A stretch of DNA of 64,000 nt, taken from assembly GCA_963840455.1 (NCBI GenBank), contig CAWIYV010000009.1:256001-320000 (forward strand), written 5' to 3'. Both the position numbers and the translations under genes were made by a program. Numbering within the stretch: position 1 is the stretch's first letter; the number at the start of each line of letters is the position of its first letter. The notes under the pieces are model-generated. The model was not told the DNA's origin. It made no database searches and saw only the letters and a program-made list of their open reading frames with translations. Of this stretch, positions 20,242 to 28,740 are shown piece after piece. This stretch comes from Nitrospirota bacterium. Its GTDB lineage: Bacteria; Nitrospirota; UBA9217.

Positions 20242-21206
20242 ATACTGGGGATATCTCGAAAAAACCGGTGCGCATCCTTGTTGCAGACGATGATGAAAGT
20301 CTGCGGTCCGTTCTCAAGCAGGTGCTGAGCATGGACGGCTACGAGGTGAATCTGACAGCGAGTGGCGAAGAAGCATTGGCGGCTTTCAAGAAGGAACCCT
20401 GTTCGCTGATCATCACCGATATCCGGATGGGGAAAATGAGCGGTATACAGCTCCTGCAGGAGGTCAAGCGGCTCCGCCCCGATACACAGGTTATCATTAT
20501 TACCAGCAATGCCACGCTGGACACGGCGATCACCGCCATTCAGGCCGGGGCGTATGACTATCTTACCAAGCCCTTTGACGACATTGCGCTCATATCTTCG
20601 GTGGCGCGCCGGGCAGTTGAAAAGATCCGGCTTATCGAGGAGAACAAAAGCCTGTTAGAGAAACTGAAGCGGAAAAATGAGGAGCTGGAATTCGTCAACT
20701 TGACCCTCAAGGAGCTCACGATCCGCGACGGCCTCACCGGCTTATACAACCATCGTCATTTTCAGGAGACCCTTGCAGTGGAGATCCTCCGGTCCAAGCG
20801 TCACGCAAAAACTTTTTCCCTGGTATTTCTGGATGTGGATTTCTTTAAGCAGTATAACGATACCCACGGACATCTTCATGGCGATGCCGTTCTCGTTGCG
20901 CTGTCGAAGTTGCTGATCGCTGGTCTTCGAAAATCGGATGTCGCCGTCCGCTATGGCGGAGAGGAATTTGTGCTCCTCCTCCCCGAGACATCGAAGGAGA
21001 ACGCCTTTGCCCTCGCCGGGACCATCCGCGAGAAGATCGCCGCCCATCCCTTCCCGGGGCGGGAAACGCAGCCGCAGGGGAAGGTCACGGTCAGCATGGG
21101 GATCGCCGCGTTTCCGGAGGACGGTAGCGACAGTTCCACGCTGCTGCATCGTGCCGATGAAGCACTTTACCAGGCAAAAAATGGCGGAAGAAACAAGGTA
21201 TGCTGA
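20238..21206 (+). CDS. REC-GGDEF diguanylate cyclase
   Basis: ATGA overlap with the previous stop; ILVADDD..TDIRM; DGLTGLYN..DVDFFKQYNDTHGHLHGD; RKSD; RYGGEEF. Confidence 0.92.
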   Translation: MNTGDISKKPVRILVADDDESLRSVLKQVLSMDGYEVNLTASGEEALAAFKKEPCSLIITDIRMGKMSGIQLLQEVKRLRPDTQVIIITSNATLDTAITAIQAGAYDYLTKPFDDIALISSVARRAVEKIRLIEENKSLLEKLKRKNEELEFVNLTLKELTIRDGLTGLYNHRHFQETLAVEILRSKRHAKTFSLVFLDVDFFKQYNDTHGHLHGDAVLVALSKLLIAGLRKSDVAVRYGGEEFVLLLPETSKENAFALAGTIREKIAAHPFPGRETQPQGKVTVSMGIAAFPEDGSDSSTLLHRADEALYQAKNGGRNKVC

Positions 21207-21247
21207 AATTCTTTTAAAAAACTCATGAAAAAACGGGCAAAGAATGA

Positions 21248-21336
21248 AACCACAGAGGTCACGGAGAAAGTGCTGGGTGAATACCTGAATACATTGAGTT
21301 GATCTATCAATAAAATACTCTGTGTTCCCGTGGGTT
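21248..21336. repeat. Imperfect inverted repeat (ACCACAGAG..CACGGAG / CTCTGTG..CCGTGG), REP-like
   Basis: aaccacagaggtcacggag ... ctctgtgttcccgtgggtt downstream of the operon end. Confidence 0.4.
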
Positions 21337-21763
21337 AAAGGACAAGAACAAAACGGAGCTGTGATAAAAACGGCTCAAAATGGGTATCAAAATACATCAA
21401 CAGTCATATACCATCTATTGGGTATTTACAGAGAGATATCAGGAGATTGCAATAAAACATATACGTTATGGTCTGAGCCCTTTCGCCTGTCACGGCGATA
21501 ATCATTTGCTCAATTCATCAACGTCCCTTGTCATCCCTATATATGAAACATGCTGTGAAGGATTCTTCCTGAAGCATGCAGAGATGAGCAGATCGTCATC
21601 GGTACATACTTTATCTCGTAATTTTGCTTTCTACATCTGCGACTTTTGTATCCTTTCCCACATATCTCATCATATATCTTAAAACCCCCTATGAATTATC
21701 GGAGCTCATTCGTGATCCATGCTATACTTTAAATCATTAGTTCTCGTTCCCATCAATTGTTAG

Positions 21764-21845
21764 CCTCTGATAAAGCCAAACCTTTCATGAGAAAGGGGCG
21801 GAAAACCACGGGTCTTGCTATAAGATAGCCGAGCTACCGAAGGAT
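21764..21845 (+). ncRNA. c-di-GMP-I (GEMM-I) riboswitch, G20 type, possibly degenerate
   Basis: GATAAAG-CCAAACC-TTTC-ATGA-GAAA-GGGGCGGAAAACCACGGGTC..GATAGCCGAGCTACCGA matches the GEMM-I layout. Confidence 0.65.
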
Positions 21846-21918
21846 GTAAGTCTTCGTGTTCGCTCGACTCTTTTATCAGTTCAGTATAGTGATCGAAGAA
21901 GCAAACAAGGAGGTAAGC

Positions 21919-23289
21919 ATGAAACAGTTACAAAAAGCAATTATCGACGAGTTCAAAGCGCACTTCAGGGGGAGTGTGCTTCTTCCTGGCGACGCGGGCT
22001 ATAACGAGGTACGCCAGATTTGGAACGCCATGATCGACCGCAGGCCTGGGCTGATTGCCCGCTGCACCTCGCCTGAAGATGTTGTCCAGGCCGTCCGGTT
22101 CGCGCGCAAGCACAACCTCCTTGTTTCGATCAGAGGGGGTGGACACAACATCGCGGGCAATGCCGTCTGTGACGACGGCCTCATGATCGATCTTTCGCTG
22201 ATGAAGGGCGTCAAGGTGGACCCGAAGGCCCGCCGGGCGACCGTTGAGCCCGGCTGTACTCTAGCCGACTTCGACATGGCCGCTCAGGTGCATGGCCTCG
22301 CCACGCCGCTGGGTATCAACTCGACCACAGGTGTGGCCGGCCTGACACTCGGCGGCGGCTTCGGCTGGCTAAGCCGAAAATACGGAATGACCGTCGACAA
22401 CCTTCTCTCCGCGGATGTCGTCTCAGCGGATGGCACTCAAGTGCACGCCAGCGAGAAGGAAAATGATGACCTGTTCTGGGGGCTGCGCGGTGGTGGTGGG
22501 AACTTCGGTATTGTCACCAGCTTCGAGTTCCAGCTCCATCCCGTCGGGCCGAATGTGTTAAGCGGCCTCATCGTTTTCCCGTTTGACCAGGCGAAGTCCG
22601 TGCTCACACAGTTCGCTCGTTTCACCAAGACGATGCCCGACGAGCTTAACGTTTGGATGGTCACTCGGAAAGCGCCCCCGCTTCCCTTTCTACCCGCGAA
22701 TGTCCACGGGAAAGAGGTTGTCGTGCTCGCACTGTGCTATACGGGTGACCCCACTGAGGGTGAGAAAGTGATAAAACCGCTGCGCGGATTCGGCACAGCG
22801 CACGGAGAGTATATAGGTGTACAGCCGTACACGGCCTGGCAGAAGGCCTTTGATCCGCTCTTGACGCCAGGTGCCCGCAACTACTGGAAGTCGCACAACT
22901 TCGTTCAGCTCAACGAAGGCGCGATAGACATCATCATCGAATTCGCTGGCATGCTGCCGTCACCGCAGACTGAAATCTTCATTGGCACGATCGGAGGTCA
23001 GACAGCCCGCGTAGCGCCCGAAGCAATGGCATACTCGAACCGAGACGCCAATTACGTGATGAACGTGCACGGTCGCTGGGAATCGGCCACTGATGACGAG
23101 CGATGCATCGCTTGGGCGCGCAATTTTTTCGCGAAGTCACAGCCATTTGCCAGCAGCGGCGCATACATAAACTTCCTCACCCAAGACGAGACAGACCGCG
23201 TCGCATTCGCCTACGGGATCATGCGCCGAATGGCATGCAGTGAACGTGCTGCATGCCGCCGGGTTCAGTTTCAACTTTCACGGCGATAA
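21919..23289 (+). CDS. FAD-linked oxidoreductase (BBE/FAD_binding_4 family) with abnormal C-terminus
   Basis: RBS AAGGAGG; IRGGGHNIAG, GVAGLTLGGGFG, WGLRGGGGNFGIVT, YINF. The family's usual terminal YDP.N.F motif is missing after AFAYG. Confidence 0.85.
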   Translation: MKQLQKAIIDEFKAHFRGSVLLPGDAGYNEVRQIWNAMIDRRPGLIARCTSPEDVVQAVRFARKHNLLVSIRGGGHNIAGNAVCDDGLMIDLSLMKGVKVDPKARRATVEPGCTLADFDMAAQVHGLATPLGINSTTGVAGLTLGGGFGWLSRKYGMTVDNLLSADVVSADGTQVHASEKENDDLFWGLRGGGGNFGIVTSFEFQLHPVGPNVLSGLIVFPFDQAKSVLTQFARFTKTMPDELNVWMVTRKAPPLPFLPANVHGKEVVVLALCYTGDPTEGEKVIKPLRGFGTAHGEYIGVQPYTAWQKAFDPLLTPGARNYWKSHNFVQLNEGAIDIIIEFAGMLPSPQTEIFIGTIGGQTARVAPEAMAYSNRDANYVMNVHGRWESATDDERCIAWARNFFAKSQPFASSGAYINFLTQDETDRVAFAYGIMRRMACSERAACRRVQFQLSRR

Positions 23290-23437
23290 CGGGGGTGTAA
23301 GCGCCCTGATGATAAGTGCTCAGGCGCTTCGTCGTTCAAGGAAAGGTTGTATTGATCAATGCCAGCCTGACCGGTAAACGAATACGCACGTCATGCCGGC
23401 ATTGACGATCAAATCCCCCCTGCGGACGCCAATCAAT

Positions 23438-23471
23438 AAAAAAGGAGCTGCAACCATGCAGCTCCTTTTTT
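23438..23471. terminator. Bidirectional intrinsic terminator
   Basis: AAAAAAGGAGCTGCA-ACCA-TGCAGCTCCTTTTTT between convergent genes. Confidence 0.85.
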
Positions 23472-23533
23472 ACTCCCCATTCATGAATATCTGCACGAGT
23501 CGGCCCAACACGAATCCAATTCGAGAAAAGAGC

Positions 23534-23570
23534 GGGGTCAAATCTATGATTTGATCAAAGATTTGACCCC
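23534..23570. repeat. REP-like palindrome
   Basis: GGGGTCAAATCT..AGATTTGACCCC perfect 12-bp inverted repeat. Confidence 0.55.
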
Positions 23571-23695
23571 TTAGGTTGCTATCCCCTGATTACGCCAGAG
23601 AGGGAGAGGGCCTGCAATGTTGCATCCCCTTTACTGGCTCTGCATGCGTGAGCTACTGTCCGGACGACCTGGCGTGGGGCATGCATTCTTTTCTG

Positions 23696-25726
23696 CTAGA
23701 TGGTCTTCGAGACCTCCATTGAATATCCGCTTTCCTGCCCCAGGGTATCGACGTCCGTCACGACAAAATAGTAAGTGCCCGGAGCAAGGTTCAAAGTCTT
23801 CGTTATGGTCGCGGTCCCGGGATTGGTGACGCTCACGGTTTGCGTATAGGACTGCGATGACGTTCCATAATATATCTTGTACAGGGACAGGTCGGTTGCC
23901 GCGTTCAACGGAGTCCCGTCTTCCCGCGTCGTCGGCGCATTCCATGTTAACGTTACGCTCCCACCACCGGTGGCACCGGTGACAGTAAGCGCAGTAGCCC
24001 CGGAAACACTTCCTGATGTCGCCCGGATCGTGGTCGATCCTGCCGCCACCGACGTGGCGAGGCCGTTGGAACCTGCAGCGTTGCTGATCGTCGCCACAGC
24101 GGTATTGGAGGAGCTCCAGGTCGCCGTTGTCGTCAGGTTCTGCGTCGTACCGTCGGAGTAGGCCCCCGTCGCCGTGAACTGCTGGGTCGTCCCGCTGGCG
24201 ATCGAAGCCGAAAGAGGCGATACCGAGATCGATGTGAGCGTTGCCGCCGTTATGGTCAGGGTGGTCGAACCCGAGATGCTTCCCGATGTCGCCCGGATCG
24301 TGGTCGATCCTGCCGCCACCGACGTGGCGAGGCCGTTGGAACCTGCCGCATTGCTGATCGTCGCCGCGGCGGTATTGGAGGAGCTCCAGGTCGCCGTTGC
24401 CGTCAGGTTCTGCGTTGTACCGTCGGAGTAGGTCCCCGTCGCCGTGAACTGCTTGGTGGTCCCCTTGGCGATGCTCGGATTGGCCGGAGTGACTGCGATG
24501 GAGACAAGCGTTGTCGCCGTTATGGTCAGGGTGGTCGAACCCGAGATGCTTCCCGATGTTGCCTGGATCGTGGTCGATCCTGCCGCCACCGACGTGGCGA
24601 GGCCGTTGGAACCTGCCGCATTGCTGATCGCAGCGACTCCCGTATTGGTTGAGCTCCAGGTCGCTGCTGCCGTCAGGTTCTGCGTCGTGCCGTCAGAGTA
24701 AGATCCTGTCGCGGTGAACTGTCTCGTCGTGCCCAGCGCGATGCTCGGGTTGGCCGGAGTGACTGCGATGGAGACAAGCGTTGTCGCCGTTATGGTCAGG
24801 GTGGTCGAACCCGAGATGCTTCCCGATGCCGCCCGGATCGTGGTCGATCCTGCCGCCGCCGACCTGGCAAGGCCGTTGGAACCCGCCGCATTGCTGATCG
24901 TAGCCGCGGCGGTATTGGAGGAGCTCCAGGTCACCGCCGCCGTCAGGTTCTGAGTCGTATTGTCCGAGAAGGTTCCCGTGGCGGTGAACTGACGGGACAA
25001 TCCAAGCGCGATGCTCACATTGGCCGGCGTTACGGCAAGGGACACGAGCGTTGCCGGTGTCACCGTAAGGGTGGTCGAACCCGAGATGCTCCCCGACGTC
25101 GCCGTGATCGTCGTCGAACCTGAGGCTGCCGAGGTGGCCAGACCGTTGGAACCCGCCGCATTGCTTATCGCAGCGACACCCGTGTTGGAGGAGCTCCAGG
25201 TCACCGCCGCCGTCAGGTTCTGAGTCGTATTGTCCGAGAAGGTTCCCGTAGCGGTGAACTGTTGCACCGTACCCTTGGCGATGCTCGGGTTGGTTGGGGT
25301 GACCGTGATAGCAACGAGCGTTGCCGGTGTTACCGTCAGGGTGGTGGAACCGGATAAGTCTCCCGAGGTCGCCGAAATCGTTGCTTTGCCGACACGCTTG
25401 CCGGTTACTTTTATGCGTCCGGGGGTGTTGACCGCGGCTGCCGTCACAAGGCCGCTGATCTCTGCTACGGTCGTATCAGATGAACTCCAGGTTAATGATG
25501 CGGTCAGGTCTTTCGTCGTGCCATTCGAATAGCTGCCGATGGCCGTGAAATCCTGACTGGTGCCGGTTGCTGCCGCTGGATTCGTAGGTGACAACGAGAG
25601 GGAAACAAGCTGTCCATTGTCATTCGCTGCGTTTACCGGGACTTCGCTGAGCCCCCCGCCGCATCCCGCCAGGCCGATCAGGATCAGGAATGACACGAGC
25701 ATGAAGCGTATTCTGTTCTGGATCAT
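23696..25726 (-). CDS. Lipoprotein with six Big_2 (Lig-like) Ig repeats and a C-terminal Fn3-like domain
   Basis: Lipobox LAGC; ~90-aa (270-bp) repeats LVSIAVTP..QFTATG.YSD.TTQNLT..TWSSSN; terminal VTLTWNAP..YKIYYG..GTYYFVV..GQES. Confidence 0.88.
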   Translation of the reverse strand: MIQNRIRFMLVSFLILIGLAGCGGGLSEVPVNAANDNGQLVSLSLSPTNPAAATGTSQDFTAIGSYSNGTTKDLTASLTWSSSDTTVAEISGLVTAAAVNTPGRIKVTGKRVGKATISATSGDLSGSTTLTVTPATLVAITVTPTNPSIAKGTVQQFTATGTFSDNTTQNLTAAVTWSSSNTGVAAISNAAGSNGLATSAASGSTTITATSGSISGSTTLTVTPATLVSLAVTPANVSIALGLSRQFTATGTFSDNTTQNLTAAVTWSSSNTAAATISNAAGSNGLARSAAAGSTTIRAASGSISGSTTLTITATTLVSIAVTPANPSIALGTTRQFTATGSYSDGTTQNLTAAATWSSTNTGVAAISNAAGSNGLATSVAAGSTTIQATSGSISGSTTLTITATTLVSIAVTPANPSIAKGTTKQFTATGTYSDGTTQNLTATATWSSSNTAAATISNAAGSNGLATSVAAGSTTIRATSGSISGSTTLTITAATLTSISVSPLSASIASGTTQQFTATGAYSDGTTQNLTTTATWSSSNTAVATISNAAGSNGLATSVAAGSTTIRATSGSVSGATALTVTGATGGGSVTLTWNAPTTREDGTPLNAATDLSLYKIYYGTSSQSYTQTVSVTNPGTATITKTLNLAPGTYYFVVTDVDTLGQESGYSMEVSKTI

Positions 25727-25759
25727 AGCAGCACCTCCAATGTCCGGATAGGTAAATAG

Positions 25760-25788
25760 AAAACCGCCAAAGAGTGGTCCTCTGGCGG
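25760..25788 (-). terminator. Intrinsic terminator overlapping riboswitch P1 (expression platform)
   Basis: Minus strand CCGCCAGAG-GACCA-CTCTTTGGCGG-TTTT. Confidence 0.7.
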
Positions 25789-25869
25789 CCCGGCGGACAT
25801 GGAATCCTGTGATCCGTTAGTCCCGTGGCTCTGCGTCCCAGGGTTTCCCCCGGTTTGCTCTGAGCAGAG
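25780..25869 (-). ncRNA. GEMM-I riboswitch with A at position 20 (c-AMP-GMP/GEMM-Ib signature)
   Basis: Minus strand CTCTGCTCAG-A-GCAAACCGGGG-GAAA-CCCTGGGACGCAGAGCCACGGGAC..GTCCGCCGGGCCGCCAGAG. Confidence 0.8.
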
Positions 25870-25969
25870 AAAGCAAGTAAACATTCGTAACGTCTGCAAC
25901 TCGCAACGATCGCTCGCATATTGGATCATGCGATGATAGGTACTTTTACACTAGCGCCGAAAAAGTGTC

Positions 25970-26008
25970 TGTGATTCAAGTTACCGAACATTTGTGATCC
26001 ATATCACC
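25970..26008. promoter_or_regulatory. Two CRP/FNR-family-like boxes
   Basis: TGTGA-ttcaag-TTACC (25970-85) and TGTGA-tccata-TCACC (25993-26008) versus consensus TGTGA-N6-TCACA. Confidence 0.5.
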
Positions 26009-26215
26009 AGGTGAAGGCTCACGCTTCGTCGGTGTATGTCAAGAGCAGAGCCTGCAGTGATGAGAAAAGCCCCGGTAACGAATGATCGCGATGACGAACT
26101 CGCCAGTGCTCAGTACATTTCTCGTGGACGTATTCCAGGTTCACAGGTTCAAGGGCTCTGTTCTATCTCCGGCGCAGGGAATGGTTCACTGCACCAGCAT
26201 AGTGATACCTCCTTG

Positions 26216-26252
26216 AAAAAGAAAAAGCCTGCTCCAAAAAAAGGAGCAGGCT
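26216..26252 (-). terminator. Intrinsic terminator downstream of c-di-GMP riboswitch
   Basis: Minus strand AGCCTGCTCC-T7-GGAGCAGGCT followed by TTTTCTTTTT. Confidence 0.8.
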
Positions 26253-26276
26253 GCGTCAGGTCAATAAAGATCATCG

Positions 26277-26362
26277 ACTCTTCGGCGGCCCGGCAGTCCT
26301 TTTTATGGAGGATCCGCGGCTTTGCGTCCCCCGGTTACCCGGGGTTTGCCCTTATCGCGAGT
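26277..26362 (-). ncRNA. c-di-GMP-I (GEMM-I) riboswitch, canonical G20
   Basis: Minus strand ACTCGCGATAAGGGCAAACCCCGG-GTAA-CCGGGGGACGCAAAGCCGCGGATCCT..AGGACTGCCGGGCCGCCGAAGAGT. Confidence 0.9.
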
Positions 26363-26435
26363 ACGAATTACGCGAGTTGTATGGAATTGTTCTTCTGCGA
26401 CTGTATGAATTATAGATACAGGACCGCAGACATGC

Positions 26436-26451
26436 AGTGATTCAAATCACA
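26436..26451. promoter_or_regulatory. CRP/FNR-family-like box
   Basis: AGTGA-ttcaaa-TCACA, ~75 bp upstream of the G20 riboswitch. Confidence 0.5.
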
Positions 26452-26697
26452 GAGGAAGGGAAGGGGGCACTGTTGCTGAAGGTGTCTCTTGGGCCCAGAG
26501 GAGGATTTCCAGGGGTGACCCTGAAGATGCCGCGCGGTCATTCCGAATCGCTGATGACCTTTCTCGCCAGGAGATGACATCGGTTTACTGCCGATTCGAA
26601 GTATATGCGGACGAAGGAGAGCATATTGCGGTAGAAATGGAAATTCAAAACGCGGAGCCGGGAACGACGATCCTGCCGAGAATGAGCTCTCTTGCCC

Positions 26698-26871
26698 CTA
26701 CGCGGCCGACCGGTCTTCGCTCTCTATGCAGTAACGTCGGCGGAGTTCGCAATAGAATACGGCTACGTATTCTACCCACCCGCAGGCCTTGCACATCCCG
26801 GACTCCCGAGGGTCGGTTTTCATCACGTAATTGCCGCACTTGGGGCAGTGCTTGCACCACATGCCGTCCAT
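26698..26871 (-). CDS. Small Cys-rich zinc-ribbon-like protein (57 aa)
   Basis: GGAGG RBS immediately after glmS; MDGMWCKHCPKCG..MCKACG..YCELRRRYC. Confidence 0.6.
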   Translation of the reverse strand: MDGMWCKHCPKCGNYVMKTDPRESGMCKACGWVEYVAVFYCELRRRYCIESEDRSAA

Positions 26872-26894
26872 ATGTCCTCCTTTTCGGACCCGCG

Positions 26895-28721
26895 CTATTC
26901 GACGGTGACGCTCTTCGCAAGATTTCGCGGTTGGTCCACATCGCATCCCTTCAAAACGGCAACGTGGTATGCCAGGAGCTGGAGAGGGATGACGGTCGCA
27001 AAGGGCACCAGCGCCGGGTGCGTAGGTGGAACGACAATGATATCGTCCGCCTTGTTCCGGAAGGCGGCGGGAGCGTCGGTGATCACGATGATTCGTCCGC
27101 CCCGCGCCTTGACCTCCTCGATGTTGGACAGCAGCTTTTCGTGCAGGCCGTCCACAGTGGCAAGGAACACGACCGGCACGCCGTCCTCGATGAGGGCGAT
27201 GGGGCCGTGCTTCATCTCTCCCGCGGGATACCCCTCCGCATGGATATAGGACAGTTCTTTCATTTTCAGCGCGCCTTCGAGAGCCACCGGGTAATTGATG
27301 CCCCTGCCGAGGTAGAGGATGCTCCGGGCGTCCACCAGCGTGTGCGCGACCTCGCGCACGGAACTGTCGGTGAGAAGCGCCTGTTCGATGGTCCTCGGAA
27401 GCTCAAGCAGGAACGCTTTGAGCGTGCTGATCTCGGTCTCGCAAAGCTTCCCCTTTTTTACTCCCAGGGCAATGCCCAGAAGGGACAGGGCGGCGAGCTG
27501 GGCAGTGAACGCCTTGGTGGATGCCACGCCGATCTCCGGTCCTGCCCGGGTATAGAGGACCGAGTCCGCTTCCCGCGCGGCTGTGCTGCCCACGACATTG
27601 CAGACCGTGAACGTTACAGCGCCCCGTTGCCTGGCCTCGCGCTGTGCGGCGAGGGTGTCGGCGGTCTCCCCGGACTGGGTGATGGTGATGAACGCAGTGC
27701 CTTTGGGCAGGACGGGGCTCATGTAACGGAACTCCGAGGCGATGTCCACTGCCACGGGGATGCGCACGAACTTCTCGATCAGATAACGTCCTACGAGGGC
27801 GGCGTGATACGATGTGCCGCAGGCCGCGATATGAAGGCGCCGAAGGTCCTTGACGCTGCCTGCGATGCCGAGCTCGTTCACCAGCCGGTCAGGATCGTCG
27901 ATCCATTCGCGCAGGGTGTTCGCAACCCCCTGGGGCTGCTCGTAGATCTCCTTCAGCATGAAGTGCTCATAGCCCTGTTTCTCGGCCATGGCGGGCGACC
28001 AGTCAACGGACACGATCCTCCCCGCGAGCGGCAGGTTCTCGTGACAATCAAATTTCTTCAGTTCGACGCCGCCCTCCCGGAGGATTGCCAGGTGACCGTC
28101 CTCGAGGAACACGAACTTTCTGGTGTATGGAAGGATGGCAGGCACATCGGACGCGATATAGTGGGCGTGGTCGCCGATGCCGAGCACCAGCGGGCTGCCG
28201 TTCCGAACGGCATATATCCGGTCCGGCGTATCCTCATGCAGGATGGCGAGCGCATACGAGCCGCGCAGCTGGGTCGTGGTCCTCAGGATGGCCTCGACGA
28301 TGGGAAGACCAAGTCGCAGGTGGCGGGCGATCAGGTGCGGGATGACCTCTGTATCGGTCTGGGACAGGAATGCGCTGCTGTTCATTTCCAGCGATTCCCG
28401 CAGCGAGCGGTGGTTCTCGATGATGCCGTTGTGCACCACGGTCACCCCTTCGACCGTGTGGGGATGCGCATTGACCGTGGAGGGCGCGCCGTGCGTGGCC
28501 CACCGCGTGTGCCCGATACCGATCCGGATGGAAGGGGCGGGGGCGGGAAGGATCTGCTGCAGGTCATGGATCTTGCCCTGCGTCTTGTAGATCTCCAGAC
28601 CCTTACCATTCTGGTATGCTATCCCCGCGGAGTCATACCCACGGTACGCGAGCCGCTTAAGCCCGTCCACCAGCACGTGCAGTGAGTTCGGTCGTCCTAC
28701 ATATCCTACAATGCCGCACAT
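26895..28721 (-). CDS. glmS: Glutamine--fructose-6-phosphate aminotransferase
   Basis: MCGIVGY, YRGYDSAG, GHTRWATHG, SQSGETADT, EIGVASTKAF, PRNLAKSVTVE. Confidence 0.98.
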   Translation of the reverse strand: MCGIVGYVGRPNSLHVLVDGLKRLAYRGYDSAGIAYQNGKGLEIYKTQGKIHDLQQILPAPAPSIRIGIGHTRWATHGAPSTVNAHPHTVEGVTVVHNGIIENHRSLRESLEMNSSAFLSQTDTEVIPHLIARHLRLGLPIVEAILRTTTQLRGSYALAILHEDTPDRIYAVRNGSPLVLGIGDHAHYIASDVPAILPYTRKFVFLEDGHLAILREGGVELKKFDCHENLPLAGRIVSVDWSPAMAEKQGYEHFMLKEIYEQPQGVANTLREWIDDPDRLVNELGIAGSVKDLRRLHIAACGTSYHAALVGRYLIEKFVRIPVAVDIASEFRYMSPVLPKGTAFITITQSGETADTLAAQREARQRGAVTFTVCNVVGSTAAREADSVLYTRAGPEIGVASTKAFTAQLAALSLLGIALGVKKGKLCETEISTLKAFLLELPRTIEQALLTDSSVREVAHTLVDARSILYLGRGINYPVALEGALKMKELSYIHAEGYPAGEMKHGPIALIEDGVPVVFLATVDGLHEKLLSNIEEVKARGGRIIVITDAPAAFRNKADDIIVVPPTHPALVPFATVIPLQLLAYHVAVLKGCDVDQPRNLAKSVTVE

Positions 28722-28740
28722 ACCGAAAGCCTTCTTTCGA

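Noticed and set aside
20238-21206. Second REC-GGDEF as a Hypr cGAMP synthase
   Set aside because: It retains the canonical Asp (GHLHGD), predicting a normal diguanylate cyclase.
21380-21682. 100-aa ORF in the AT-rich intergenic region (also 1528-1779, 37590-37883)
   Set aside because: No RBS, atypical composition and no motifs; likely non-coding.
23870-25540. Regular ~270-bp repeats (also 312-bp and 276-bp arrays) as possible CRISPR or satellite
   Set aside because: They are in-frame protein domain repeats with no repeat-spacer structure; no cas genes in the window.
26186-26200. TGA of the mini-ORF as selenocysteine
   Set aside because: Read-through reaches another TGA 15 codons later and no convincing SECIS or selenoprotein motif is seen.
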